The notes: generated from the sequence alone by a model not told the origin. Shown: positions 42,646 through 57,968, counted from the stretch's first letter. The stretch: DNA of 64,000 nucleotides from Octopus vulgaris (GCA_951406725.2 OX597817.1:167772001-167836000), one strand, 5' to 3'. Numbers and translations: made by a program.

Positions 42646-43165
42646 ATTATTTACATTCGACGGATATTTGTCCTCATCTTGTTTGTTGTTAACACAACGT
42701 TTCGGCTGATATACTCTCCAGCCTTCTTCAAGTGTCTTGCGGAAATTTCGAACCTGGATTCTCATTCCTAAGCTATTTTTTTTCGATGTTATTATTATTA
42801 TTATTATTGTTGTTGTTAGTGTTCAGGTCACTGCTTGGAATCAAACTCGGAAGCTTGGGGTTATGAGCACAGGCTACTAACCCCAAGCTTCCAAATTCAA
42901 TTCCAAGCAGTGACTTGAGCACTAATAATAATAATAATAATAATCATCATCATCATCATTTAACGTCCGCTTTCCATGCTAGCATGAACATCGAAAAAAA
43001 ATACCTTAGGAATGAAAACCCAGGTTCAAAATTTCCGTAAGACACCTGAAGAAGGCTGGAGGGGATATCAGCCGAAACGTTGTGTTGACAACAAACAAGA
43101 TGAGGATAAATATCCGTCGAATGTAAATAATGTACAGAATTCCTCATCTCTTAAATATAGAACTA
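42646..43165. mobile_element. Fold-back pair of the same hammerhead-bearing element
   Basis: 42646-42863 is the reverse complement of about 42877-43130, apart from a short RTE-tail insert. Confidence 0.78.
43041..43086 (+). ncRNA. Minimal type I hammerhead ribozyme motif
   Basis: GACAC-CTGAAGA-A-GGCTG..CAGCC-GAAACGTT-GTGTT shows stem I, the catalytic core, stem II and a palindromic stem III (AACGTT). Confidence 0.7.
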
Positions 43166-44469
43166 TCTAGTTGTTGTTGTTGTTGTATAGCTGTGGTTGT
43201 CAACTCTGTCTGGAACAGATCTCTCCATAAAAATCCCCTGCTTCAATATTTGCCTCTTTCTTCACATACAACCCAACCAGGGAGCACCTGGTGGTGCTTA
43301 CACTGCTAGAAATAGCAACCAAATCTCTTTCAAATAATGACTGCTCTCTTAACTATAGAAATCAAATATATCCACTCAAAATTTCATCACCCTCAACTGC
43401 AGAAAGAAATTTTATACGTCAGTCATCTTTTGTTGAGGCATCTCGTGTCTGAAATTATTTTTTTGCTGAGTTATTTTTTTATTCTTCTATTTGTTTCAGT
43501 CATTTGACTGTGGCCATGCTGGAACATCGCCTTAAGTTGAACAAATCAATCCCAGGACTTATTCTTTGTAAGCCTAGTACTTGTTCTATTGGTCTCTTTT
43601 GCTGAACCGCTAAGTTACGAGGAAGCAAACACACCAGCATCGGTTGTCAAGCGATGTTGGGGGGACAAACACAAACACATGGGCTTCTTTCAGTTTCTGT
43701 CTACCAAATCCACTCGCATGGCTTTGGTCGGCCTGAGGCTATAATAGAAAGCACTTGCCTAAGGTGCCAAGCAGTGGGACTGAACCCAGAACTATGTGGT
43801 TGGTAAGCAAGCTACCTACCACACAGCTGTGCTTGCGCCTGAGGCAATGTGACTTGCAGAAAATATCATTTCTACTTTTGGTAGATATTTAACATCATTA
43901 CTGAAATAGCCATATTTTCTCAGGAGGCTGGAATCAAAGTATAATACTGATACTCTTTTCAGATATCACATGATGTCAAGACGAGGAGACACAAATACAC
44001 ACATACATATACATGCACACATACATACAAACGCAAACTCTCACATACACACACACACTAATGATCACACATATATACAGATATAGATGAACTTCTTTCA
44101 GTTTCCATCTACCAAATCCACTAACAAAGCTTTGGTCAGCCCTGGGCTATAGTAAAAGATACTTACCCAAAGTGCCATGCAGGGATACCGAACTGAAAAC
44201 CATGTTGTTGGGAAGTAAACTTCTGAACTACACACCATGGCTGAAATGCCACATGTGTGTAGATATACAATATGTCATGTGAGAGGGCTGAATGGTTTAA
44301 AAATTTGTTTAACAGTCAAAGGGAACCAAGTTCAGTCCCACAATGCAACACATTCAGCAAATGTTTTCTGCTATGGCTTCAGACCAACCAAAGCCTTGTG
44401 TATGAAACCGAGCAAAAAGAAACTTTGTGAAGCCTCATCTGGTCAAGTGTAAATGTAATTGATAGGGCC

Positions 44470-45022
44470 TGGTCATTCTGCTTGAGCATTCAGCGACGTG
44501 CTACCAAGAGAATACCCTCCATCAGGCATTTGCCATATTCTGAACGCCTTACTTCCCTGGGCATGGACACATTGAAACTCCGACGTCTGGCAGCTGACCT
44601 GGCAGACATCCATAAAATTATCAACCATCTTACAAACAATAACTCTAACCACCTTTTCAAACTCCACCTGTCTAACACCCATGGACATGTTTACAAAGTC
44701 AGAAAACAGCACAGCTCCCATGACTTTCAGAAACCTTTTTTTCACGCTAAGAGTTGCTGAAGAATGGAACAAACTGCTGGCATCAGTTGTTAGTTGTCGG
44801 AGCACTGCATCCTTCAAAACTTTCATGCTTCCTGAGATTTGCCAACACCACACCTGATCTTTCTCCCCTCCATACACATGCAAGCATGTATCTGACTCAT
44901 ACACTGTTCACTTTCCAGACATTTGTACATTACTGCATATGCTTTATATGCACTTTTGACAAGTTGCGGTGCACCTGAGCAGTGTATACAATAATTTCAT
45001 TATTATTATTATTATTATTATT
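44470..45022 (+). mobile_element. 3' fragment of a second CR1-type LINE with (TTA)n tail
   Basis: IQRRATKRIP..YSERLTSLGMDTLKLRRL, a CR1-type C-terminal motif. Confidence 0.8.
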
Positions 45023-45616
45023 ACATTTATGGTACAATTGTCTATGGAGTACTCGGCCAGTAATCTTATGATCCAATGGTTACGTAGTTAAATTGATTGA
45101 ACAATGGGAATACTTATCAAAACTGATGGAGGATCCCTTTATTTCTACTTTACTTTGCACAACTAGACCACCATAAACACCCATATCAAATATGGTGTAG
45201 ATATTAGCTCATTCTGTCTGGCTGACAATAGGCTCCCCTCTCACTTAATACTTTTCTTGGTTTTCCTCTACCACTATTACATACATCCTCCACTGTCAGT
45301 GTACAGCACTCCTTATCCATTCGTGTCGTATTCAGCTAAGATAAAATATAATTTTTACGTTATTTCTTGTTTTTAATTATCTTCCTTGTCCACCTCTTTT
45401 TTTCTTTTTTGTAAAATTTTTTTGTGACACAAAAATATATCCAAAATGTTAGTATTGAGTAATGCAACATTGCTAATTCTAAAAGGAATTTCTAGCATTA
45501 GCAACAGGAAGGACATTTGGCTATAACAGAGTGTCCTAATAATATTCATTTGTCTAACCAATACTAGCATGGAAAAATGGACGTAAAACAAACAAATACT
45601 GAATGAATTAATAATA

Positions 45617-45659
<43 letters not shown>

Positions 45660-45667
45660 TAATAATA

Positions 45668-45702
<35 letters not shown>

Positions 45703-46267
45703 GCATATCATCATCATCATTATTGAGTGAGAGAGTAATGCATGCTATCAAAGTGACACTGGGGTAAAATATACGAAGCCCAGTATACCCATCATGACTT
45801 CCCATCTAATAAGGGTACACTAGGCACATGCATCACAACCATATGTGCGCGACATGGTGATCTCATATCAAGATAAACAGCGCATGACCTTGCAGGTGGG
45901 GCCCAGTTAGAATTTTCTTCTGGTCAAGTAGCCCATCCCACTCAAAAGGTCCCTGAATAAAGGTTGTTTAAGGATGTTGAACGAAACACCCAAGTTTCCA
46001 GAGATGAATTATTCAAACCCCTAAGAATCCCTCTCAACACATGACTATGATGCTCCCCCACTACTTCTGCTTGTGATCAGAGATGCACATATTGTCAACC
46101 ACCAAGGGACATGCTCAACTGGTTATGGTCAAACAACTGACAAGCAAATCTGTGGTATTGAGCAGAATATTTGCTGTAGCCCATCTTTTATACCAAGACA
46201 AAACATTGTACGTGATAACACTTCCAATCAGTTAAGATCAGAAGCCACGAGAGCCACTGCCTGGTAC

Positions 46268-46302
<35 letters not shown>

Positions 46303-46342
46303 GCTATATTTTCATTACTGCCCTTGTTTTCTGCCTTCCCAG

Positions 46343-46508
46343 TTCCTGCCATATGAACAGCTGAGTCTTCTTAACCTGATCAATACCAACAATAAGATTC
46401 TGAACAAGATCATCAAAGTGCAAGCCAGCCTCTGTGCTGAAATCCAGAGCTTAGAACATGAAGCCAAAACGAAATTCTTTAATGCTTTGTTATTCTATGG
46501 AGAAGGCG
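46343..46508 (+). CDS. WASHC4: WASHC4 coding exon 3
   Basis: Acceptor ttcccag. [55 protein letters not shown]. Donor GTGAGT, 166 nt. Confidence 0.95.
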
Positions 46509-47226
46509 GTGAGTATTATTATTCTCTTGGATTAAGAGTCAGTTTTAGGAATTTAGGTTTGAGGAAACAATTTTAGGAATAAGATCATCAGTAATGGTTT
46601 TAAAGGCAATGTTCTAGCATTTAGTTTCTGATTAATAATTCTTTTAGGATAAAGGTTCTAGTAATAGTTTTAGTGGGTTAGATGATATGGAACAGTTTTA
46701 GGGCATTTAAATGATATGAAGCAGTTTTAAGGATAAGGTCATTGGTAATTCTTTTCGGAAAGGGTTTCTGGAATAATTTTAGGGGTTTGGTGATATGGAA
46801 TACTTTTAGGACATTTAGGTAAAACAAAATAATTTTAAGGGTTTGGCTATCAGTAATTCTTTTTGGGAAGAGTTTCTAGGGAATAGTTTTAAGTGTTAGT
46901 TGATATTGTACAGTTTTAGGACTTTTAGGGAAAGATTTGGGGAATAGTTTTAGAGGTGAGGTTCTCAAAAATAGTTTGGGGTTTAATGGTAGGGAACAGT
47001 TTTAGGGTATTTAGGAAAACAAGGAAAAGTTTTAGGAGTTTGGTTATTAGTAATGTTTTAGGTGATAGGGAATAGTTTTAGGAAGTTAAAACATTGTAAA
47101 TAACTTTAAAGGTTAAGTCCTGAGGAATAGTTTTAGGGATCAGAACAATGCTAACAACTTTAGGAGGTAGATTATAGGGTGTTGTTTTAGGGTTTAAGTC
47201 TTAGGCAAATGTTTTAGGGGCCTTAA

Positions 47227-47447
47227 CCCTTTAGCGTTTAAACCGGCCATATCCGGCCAAAAGTATTCTGCCTGTTTTATAGTCAAAATGGCCAGATCTG
47301 GTCTCTCACACCAACCCTACAATATCGTTTTAAAATTTAATAGCTACCTCATCAAAATCTCAAAGCTACAAGATAATGCATGATTAGTTCAAGGCAATGT
47401 GGATAAAAAGGGATTAATTTTGGTAGAATAATGCAAACACTAAAGGG
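47227..47447. mobile_element. piggyBac-like MITE
   Basis: TTAA|CCCTTTAG...CTAAAGGG|TTAA, similar to 38610-38828. Confidence 0.8.
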
Positions 47448-47629
47448 TTAAGCATCCTTGGGATTGTAAGTAAGCATTTAAAAATTAAAGGTGCTGCCCC
47501 CAAAACATAAACACTTGCCTGCCATAGAATTAAAGTTATAACCTGTGTTCTAGCAATCTCGTTTTATCTGTTAACTAAATTATTTCATGTGTATCACCAT
47601 TTACCCATATTTGTTGTGGTATTATCAAA

Positions 47630-48705
<1,076 letters not shown>

Positions 48706-48751
48706 AATAATAATAATAAAATATAATGAACTCTGACTTCATCCTTTGCAG

Positions 48752-48819
48752 ATGTTGACAGCACCCATCCTGAATGTGAATCTCAGATACAGATGGGTAG
48801 AATGATGCCGTTGCTACAG
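48752..48819 (+). CDS. WASHC4: WASHC4 coding exon 4
   Basis: Acceptor tttgcag. (D)VDSTHPECESQIQMGRMMPLLQ. Donor GTAACC, 68 nt, phase consistent. Confidence 0.92.
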
Positions 48820-49787
48820 GTAACCATTTTTAAGAATTTTGTCATTTTCATGTTTCTTTTTTTCAGTAAGTTTAAATGTTTCGATCATGATCGTTACCTG
48901 CGTCACCTTACTAGCACTAGTGCTGGTGGCACGTGAAAAAAACATTCGAGCGAGGTCGTTGCCTTTGCTGCTGGACCGACCCCTATGCAGGTGGCACATA
49001 AAAAACACCATTTTCGAGCGTGGCCATTGCCAGTACCGCCAGACTGGCCCTCGTGCCGGTGGCACTTTAAAAGCACCCACTACACTCTGGGAGTGGTTGG
49101 TGTTAGGAAGGGCATCCAGCTGTAGAAACTCTGCCAGATCAAGATTGGAGCCTGGTGCAGCCATCTGGTCTGCCAGACCTCAGTCAAATCGTCCAACCCA
49201 TGCTAGCATGGAAAGCAGATTTTAAATGATGATGATGATGTTACTATGACATCAGTTTACATAAATACACTCTCACCATCACTGGGGGGCGGGGACCCAT
49301 GTAGCAGATCATTTGAGTGACTGATTTAACCCTTTAGTATTCAGATTGATCTATCAAATGTAATGCTTGTTCTTTTATTCCACTACCTGTTTCAGTCATT
49401 TGAATGTGGCCATGCTAGAGCACTGCCTTAAAGAAATCAACCCCAGGACTTATTCTTTATAAGCCTAGTACTTGCTCTATTGGTCTCTTTTGTTTAACCG
49501 CTAAGTTACGGGATGTAAACACACTAACATTGGTTTTCAAGTGATGGTGGTGGGGACAGACACACAACTATAAATATATTCTTTTCTTTTTTCTTTTCTT
49601 TGTTTCCGTCATTTGCGGCCATGCTGGAGCACAGCCTTTAGTCAAGCAAATCGACCCCAGGACTTATTCTTTGTAAGCCTTGTACTTATTCTATCAGTCT
49701 CTCTTGCTGAACCGCTAAGTGAGAAGGATGTAAACACACCAGCATCGGTTGTCAAGCGATGCTAGGGGGACAAACACAGACACACAA

Positions 49788-49828
<41 letters not shown>

Positions 49829-51392
49829 TGTATATCTATATATATATACACGATTGGCTTCTTTCAGTTTCTGTCTACCAAATCCATTCACAAAGCTTTG
49901 GTTGGCTCAAGGCTATAGTAGAAGACACTTGCCCAAGGTGCCACGCAGTGGGACTGAACCCAGAACCATGTGGTTGGTAAGCAAGCTACTTACTACGCAG
50001 CCACTCCTGCGCCTATACATATATTATATGTATGACAAATATGACAAGCTTCTTTCAGTTTCTATCTGCCAAATCCACTCACAAGGCTTTGGTCGGCCCA
50101 AGACTATAGTAGAAGACACTTGCCCAAGGTGCCATGCATGATCCTGGAACCATGTGGTTGAGAAGCAAGCTTCTTACCACACATTTTTTGGAACTAATCA
50201 TGTATTATAATGTACCTTTAAGATTTCAAAGATGTGCTTGTTTATTTTTAGAATCACATTGCAGGGCAGGTATGAGGGTCTGGACCTACACAGTTTACTC
50301 TTTGCTCTTTGACGTGTTTCAGTCATTTGACTGCGGCCATGCTGGAGCACCACCTTTAGTCGAGCAAATCGACCCCAGGACTTATTCTTTGTAAGTCTAG
50401 TACTTATTCTATCGGTCTCTTTTGCCGAACCGCTAAGTTATGGGGACGTAAACACACCAACTTCGGTTGTCAAGCGATGTTGGGGGGGACAAACACATAC
50501 ACACACATACATATATATCATCATCATCCTCATTTAACGTCCGCTTTCCATGCTAGCATGGGTTGGACGGTTCAACTGGAGTCTGGGGAGCCCGAAGGCT
50601 GCGCCAGGCCAGTCAGATCTGGCAGTGTTTCTACAGCTGGATGCCCTTCCTAACGCCAACCACTCCGAGAGTGTAGTGGGTGATTTTATGTGCCACCGAC
50701 ACAGGTGCCAGACGAGGCTGGCGAACGGCCACGCTCGGATGGTGTTTTTTTTTTATGTGCCACCGACACAGGTGCCAGACGAGGCTGGCAGACGGCCACG
50801 CTCGGATGGTGTTTTTATGTGCCACCGACACAAGTGCCAGATGAGGCTGGCGAACGGCCACGATCGGATGGTGTTTGTTACGTGCCCACAGCACGGAGGC
50901 CAGTCGATGCGGTACTGGCTACGGCCACGTTCGGATGGTTTTCTTGTGTGCCACCGGCACTGGTACCACAAAGATACAAATTCCATTGATGTTCATCTAT
51001 TTTGATTTGGTTTGATTTTCACTTGCCTCAACAGGTCTTCACAAGTGTCACATACTTGCCTCAACAGGTCTTCACAAGTGTCATAAGAAGGAAGGTATGC
51101 ACAGGTAGACTGACTACGTCCCAGGTAGGGGCCACGGGTTATGGCCTGACTAGTCTTGCCGGGTCTTTGGATGGTGTTTTTATGTGCCACCAACACAGGT
51201 GCCAGATGAGGCTGGCGAACGGCCACAATCGGATGGTGTTTGTTACGTGCCCACAGCACGATGTGGTACTGGCTACCGCCACGTTCGGATGATTTTCTTG
51301 TGTGCCACCGGCATTGGTACCACAAAGATACAAATTCCATTGATGTTCATCTATTTTGATTTGTTTTGATTGCATTTGATTATGATTATGAT

Positions 51393-51434
<42 letters not shown>

Positions 51435-52622
51435 CATATATATGACTGGCTTCTTTCAGTTTCCGTCTACCAAATCCACTCACAAGGCTTTGGTCGGCCC
51501 ACGGCTATAGTAAAAAACACTAGCCCAAGGTGCCACGCAGTGGGACTGAACCCAGAACCATGTGGTCCGTAAGCAAGCTACTTACCACACAGCCACTCCT
51601 TGAACATAAAACAGATAGACTGTTTGAGCCAGTTGTGGTCAGTTTAAATGACAATGGGTTAAAGCCCCTTCATTATCTGGCTTATGAGCAGATTATGTGG
51701 GACGCCACAGATACATTACATATACTCTACATGAAAACAGTGACATCCTATATACATCTGTGATGCACCACATGAAAACAAAGACACCAGTAGGACACTA
51801 AACTCTACTTGCGAGGACCTGTTGGGGCAAGTGAAATCGAAATTGAACTAAATTCGATGACTGGCACCCATGCCAGTGGAGCGCTAACAGCTCCATCCAA
51901 GCGGGATCACTGCCACAGCAGCTGTCTGGCACGTAAAGAGCACCATTTGAGCGTGATCGTTGCCAGCATCGCTTTGCTGGCACTTGTGCCGGTGGCATGT
52001 GAACAAAACATTCGAGCGAGGTCGTTGCCAGTGCTGCTGGACCGACCGCTATGCAGGTGGCACGTAAAAAACACCATTTTCAAGCGTGGCCGTTGCCAGT
52101 ACTGCCAGACTGGCCCTCGTGCCGGTGGCACTTTAAAAGCACCCACTACACTCTTAGAGTGGTTGGCATTAGGAAGGTCATCCAGCTGTAGAAACTCTGC
52201 CAGATTAAGATTGGAGCCTGGTGCAGCCATCTGGTTCACCAGCCCTCAGTCAAAATCGTCCAACCCATGCTAGCATGGAAAGCAGATGTTAAATGAGGAT
52301 GATGATGATGATGATGATGATAGCTTAGTATCCCTACATGAAGTCTAGATACACCACTTAAAGACCGAGCAGTTATTGGAGATCTCGCTTCTCCCGAAGA
52401 ATGATTTGACAAACATCATTTAAAAACCCATTTCAAGTTTATCCCTCAGAAAGTTGTTAAGAATTCTTATTGATTTTTTTTTTTTTTCAGTTTAAAGGGG
52501 ACAGCATCAAATATACTGATTCTTTACCGATTCTTCTTGCTACTATGGAAACACACTGACGTGTGTAGAGTGGAGAGGAGGTTACCAAAGCAATTAACTG
52601 ATTAATCTAAATTCTATTGCAG

Positions 52623-52705
52623 GAGTTGTCGTGTTTTGTGATGCGGGTCTACGAAGTGGTAAAGAATACAATCCACCAACTCACCTGTCTCTACAATCCA
52701 CCAAA
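52623..52705 (+). CDS. WASHC4: WASHC4 coding exon 5
   Basis: Acceptor attgcag. ELSCFVMRVYEVVKNTIHQLTCLYNPP(K). Donor GTAAGT, 83 nt. Confidence 0.94.
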
Positions 52706-52867
52706 GTAAGTATAAAAATGGTAATTAACTACTGATAATAGTCTCTGGATTTTTGTAGTGTGTTGTGTCACAGAGGAAGGGACAACACCATGGCTGTTGG
52801 ATTACAATTGTGAAATGAGTAGAAATTAGGCAGGACAATCTTATTATTATTATTATTATTATTATTG

Positions 52868-53430
52868 TTATTGAGTGAGAGAGCAGTGCATGCCATCAAA
52901 GTGACACTGGGGTAAAATATACGAAGCCCAGTATACCCATCATGACTACCCGTCTGATAAGGGTACACCAGGCACATGCATCACAACCATATGTGCGCGA
53001 CATGGTGATCTCATATCAAGATAAACAGCACATGGCCTTGCAGGTGGGGCCCAGTTAGAATTTTCTTCTGGTCGAGTAGCCCATCCCGCTCAAAAGGTCC
53101 CTGAATAAGGGTTGTTTAAGGATGTTGAACGAAACACCCATGTTTCCAAAAGGTGATTTATTCAAACCCCAAAGAATCCCTCTCAACGCATGGCTATGAT
53201 GCTCCCCAACTACTTCTGCTCGTGGTCGGAGATGCACATATCGTCAGGCACAAAGGGACATGGTCTACTGGTTATGGTCAAACAACTGACAGGCAAATCT
53301 GTGGTATTGAGCAGAATATTTGCTGTAGCCCATCTTTTTATACCAAGACAAAACAATGTACATGATGACACTTCTAATCAGTTAAGATCAGAAGCCACGA
53401 GAGCCACTGCCTGGTACTGCATCAGGGCAT
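52868..53430 (+). mobile_element. Non-coding interspersed repeat of about 550 bp embedded in (TTA)n/(TAA)n; orientation arbitrary
   Basis: Near-identical copies at 45720-46268 (same orientation) and 30119-30668 (opposite orientation). Confidence 0.8.
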
Positions 53431-53431
53431 T

Positions 53432-53511
<80 letters not shown>

Positions 53512-53565
53512 CATTATTATTATTATTATCGTTATCATTATTATTATCATTATTATTATTATTAT

Positions 53566-54460
53566 TCTATGTTTGACTTTTGCTTTATGTCTGTTGGCTC
53601 CAAGTCTCACCCAGAGACCTCAAGAGACAACAGGTTGGAAGTTCTGTGCCATATATTTGGGGTTTTTTTTTTTTTTTTGGTGTTGTACTAGTGAATGTCT
53701 AATACATAAAAAAAAAATAATAAATAAATAAAAAAAAAGTTTGTTTTAAACCATGGGATTACATAGAGAGTATTTTGCGTAGGATATGAGCAGTTCCCAT
53801 GAGCACTATCTTTTGAATTACTGCCATTTTGGGGTTTCCTGGTATCTGAGTTAGGTAGCAATCAGTCCCTTTCGCTATCATTCCCAGGGCACCTATGACA
53901 ACAGGTATTGTTATAGTCTTCAGCTTCCACATTTTGCTGATTTCTATTTCAAGATCTTTATATTTGCTCAGTTTTTGGTAGGTCTTGACAGATACGTTTA
54001 TATCGATTGGGACAGTCATATCAATGAGGAGGCATGTTCTTTGTCTGAAGTCTTTCAATATAATGTCTGGCCTATTTGCATCTATCTTCCTGTCAGTTTG
54101 AATGGTGAAGTTCCAGAGGAGTGAGATGTGGTCATTTTCAAGCACAGGAGATGGATTGTGTTCCCACCAGTTTTTTTCATTGGGCAAATCCAAGTTTTTG
54201 CAAATTACCCAGTGAATATATTGTGCAGCTCTATCATGCCTACTGAGGTACTCTGTAGGCACTAGAAGACTGCATTTGGAGACAACATGGTCAATGGTTT
54301 CATTTTGTTGTCGGCATACACGACATATTGGGCTACTGCCGTTCTTTAATATGTTGGCCTGGTAGTTTCTTGTTGGTAGGCATTGATCTTGAGCTGCTAT
54401 GATAAACCCCTCTGTTTCAGATTTTAAGCCAGAGGCCATTAGCCATTGATGGGTCAGGGC
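53566..54460 (-). mobile_element. 3' fragment of an R4/Dong-like non-LTR retrotransposon (restriction-like endonuclease)
   Basis: ORF 53759..54439 has CRVC..ETIDHVVSKC (CCHC), RHD, NRPDI, KLSKYKDL and PVVIGALG. Flanked on both sides by (TTA)n. Confidence 0.85.
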
Positions 54461-54506
<46 letters not shown>

Positions 54507-55151
54507 CATTATTATTATTATTATCATTATTCCTCCTCCTCCTCCACACAATGGGATTGAACCTGAAACTACATGACTGCAAAGCAAGTTTCTTAACCAC
54601 ACAGCTATGCCTGTGCCTATTTGTTTTATTACTGTGGTGGTGGTGGTGATGTCAAAGGTTCTACAGAAAAAGTAACCATGTACATAAACAAAGCTGCAAG
54701 CTAAAGAAGAAGACCTTAATGTGGTCACTCAACTTGCTAAAAATAGCAGCCAGATCTCCTTCAAATCACATCTTACCGTCCAAGTGTGAAGGATACATTG
54801 GATGTGTAGTCTCAGATGCACTGTCTGATTAAAAGATAGTATGGTCACAGTTGAATGACTTTCATTATAAGCCTGTTTGACTAAGGCTGTCTTGATGCAA
54901 AATAACAATTAAATTGGGGAAGGACTGACTTTGTTAGACTTAGTGGAATGAATGCCTCATAATAAGACCAGCTAACGAGAGGTAGTTTGACCAAACCTTC
55001 CATGATAATCTAGTTTAGAGACTTAACCTGACTGCTATTGCTATATCGCTATCCAGTAGTTTGACTGACTACCAACCATGTCAGACTAGAACCACATCCT
55101 AGTCTAATATTTAACCTGCTTACTTGATATATGAATAAATGTCTTCTTCAG

Positions 55152-55194
55152 ATCTGGGATCAAACTGATTGATGTGACTGGAGTACATTTTCAA
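55152..55194 (+). CDS. WASHC4: WASHC4 coding exon 6
   Basis: Acceptor cttcag. (K)SGIKLIDVTGVHFQ. Donor GTGAGT, 43 nt. Confidence 0.92.
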
Positions 55195-57480
55195 GTGAGT
55201 ATAATTGATTACTTTTCGCTTTTTTAAACATAAAAATACCAATAACATTTTATGCATTTCTTATTATTTATATATATATATGGAAGTATGCTGTGCGTGA
55301 GGAGACCCAGCAGGACAAGTGAGACCATAACCCGTGACCTTCTACATGGGATGTAGCCAGCCCACTTATGCATACCTTCCCTTCTTGGGACACAAAACTC
55401 TACTTGTGAAGACCTGTTGAGGCAAGTGAGGATCAGAATCGAAATCGATCAATGGAAATTGCAGCTGAGTTACCAGTGCCAGTGGCACGTAAGAGAACCA
55501 TCCGTTCGTGGCCGTTGCCAGCGCCGCCCCGACTGGCCTCGTGCCGGTGGCACGTAAAAAGCATCATCCGTTTGTGGCTGTTGCCAGCCTCGCCTGGCCC
55601 CCATGCCGGTGGCATGTAAAAAGCACCATCCGTTCGTGGCCGTTGCCAGCGCCGCCCCGACTGGCACATAAAAAGCACCATCCGATCGTGGCCGTTTGCC
55701 AGCCTCGCCTGGCCTCCGTGCTGGTGGCACGTAAAAAGCACCATCGAACCATGGCCATTTGCTATACTTGTCTGGCACCTGTGCAGGTGGCACGTAAAAA
55801 GCACCCACTACACTCACGGAGTGGTTGGCGTTAGGAAGGGCATCCAGCCGTAGAAACATTGCCAGATCAGACTGGGCCTGGTGCAGCCTTCGGGCTCCCC
55901 AGACCCCAGTTGAACCGTCCAACCCATGCTAGCATGGAAAGCGGACGCTAAACGATGATGATGATGATGATGATGATGATACACTCAGGCAATGATTATT
56001 TTTCTCTAATGTGGTTCGTAAGCAAGCTACTTACCACACAGCCACTCCTACACCTACTTGCAAAACAAGACTCAACTGAATGGGGGTGTAGTATTGAGGG
56101 GAGTGGCTTTATGCCAGATATTGATTAAAAATTTTAGCACAAGGTCAACAATTTCAAGCAATGGTGGTAATTCATTTACCCCAATGCTCAATTGGTATTT
56201 ATTTTATCAATCCCAAAAAGATGAAAGATAAGGTCGACCGCAGCGGAATCTGAGCTCAAAATGCAAAGAAAGACAAAATGCTGCTAAGCATTTTGTTTGG
56301 CATGCTGACAATTTTGCCAGTTCACCACCTTGGATTTATGCCAGATATTAAGAGGTACAAAATAAAGGGACAAGAACAGGTGTTTTGCTGTGGAAGAGAT
56401 ACATGGCTACACCAGCTGGAAAGTGAGAAAAGAGATAGTGGCTACGAGGTGTCAGGATATATCCACAAGGTACAATAAAGGTGAATATAAGCGAAAATAA
56501 GAACAGAGGATCAGAAACATGGGCAGAAAGGTAATCATCATCATTTAGACCAGGCAGGACAAGTGAGCCCAGCCCACTTATGCATGCCTTTCCTCCCTTG
56601 GACACAAAGACCTGTTGAGGCAAAGGAAGTTGATATAGAACCTCATCCGACGACAGGCACCCATGCCAACCCCCTTTGTTTGCGAAGACATGTTGGGGCA
56701 AGCGAAATCGAAATCGAAATCAAATTGAACCAGCCAGGATCCCTGGTCTGGTGGTACGTAAAAAGCGCTATCCGATTCGTGGCCGATGCCAGCGCCGCCT
56801 CGACTGGCTTCCGTGCCGGTGGCATGTAAAATACACCAATCCGACCGTGGCTGTTGCCAGCCTCGCCTGGCACCTGTGCAGGTGGCACGTAAAAAGCACC
56901 CACTACACTCACGGCGTGGTTGGCGTTAGGAAGGGCATCCAGCTGTAGAAACATTGCCAGATAAGACTGGAGCCTGGGGCAGCCTTCTGGCTTCCCAGAT
57001 CCCCGGTTGAACCGTCCAACCCATGCTAGCATGGAGAACGGACGCTAAACAATGATGATGATGATGATGATCTTTCTCGCTGGCATAAGATATTGAAAGA
57101 AGAGAGAAATTCATAAGAAATTGAAATTGAAATTGAAATTTCTGGCTGGCCAAATATTGACTCTGTTTTGTCTAAGGAAAGTTTATGCTGGATTATCTTT
57201 TTATCATTTTGTTTGGATGTTTTTTTAATTCATTGTTCCGATCGTGGCTGATGCCGGACCCCCCTGGCACCTGTGCACCCACTACACTCGCGGAGTGATT
57301 GGTGTTAGAAAGGGCATCCAGCTGTAGAAACTCTGCCAGATCAAGACTGGAGTCTGGTGCAGCCCCTGGCTTCCCAGACCCCGGTCGAACCGTCCAACAC
57401 GTGCTAGCACGGAAAACGGACGTTAAACGATGATGATGATGTTCTTGTTATCGTAATCTCTGAGTGTTGATTTTTTCCAG

Positions 57481-57584
57481 ATTGTATTTGAACACCTTGG
57501 AGATCTCCTCACTGTGCTCATCACTCTTGATAAAATTATTGAGAACCAGGCTCTTCTCAAAGAACATTGGACTCTGTACAAACG
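57481..57584 (+). CDS. WASHC4: WASHC4 coding exon 7
   Basis: Acceptor ttttccag. [34 protein letters not shown](R). Donor GTAAGT, 104 nt. Confidence 0.95.
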
Positions 57585-57905
57585 GTAAGTTTCATAAGTA
57601 ATCATTGACTCTCTCTCTCTCACCAATACGATTGCAACAAAATAATTTCACCATAATGTGTGCACACACACGTGTGTGTATATATTCCTTCACTTGTCCA
57701 CCCATTTCAGTCACCTGGCTGTGGCCATGCTGGAGCACTGCCTTAAGTCGAAGAAGTCAACTCCAGGACTTATTTTTGTAAGCTTAGTCCTTATTCTATC
57801 AGTCTCTTTTGCTGAACCGATAAGTTTTGGGGACATAAACACACCAACATCGGTTGTCAAGCGAAGGCAGGGGACAAGCACAGACACACACACACATGCA
57901 TAAAC

Positions 57906-57940
<35 letters not shown>

Positions 57941-57968
57941 AAAAAGGAGATGTGGAACACGAGTTGTG

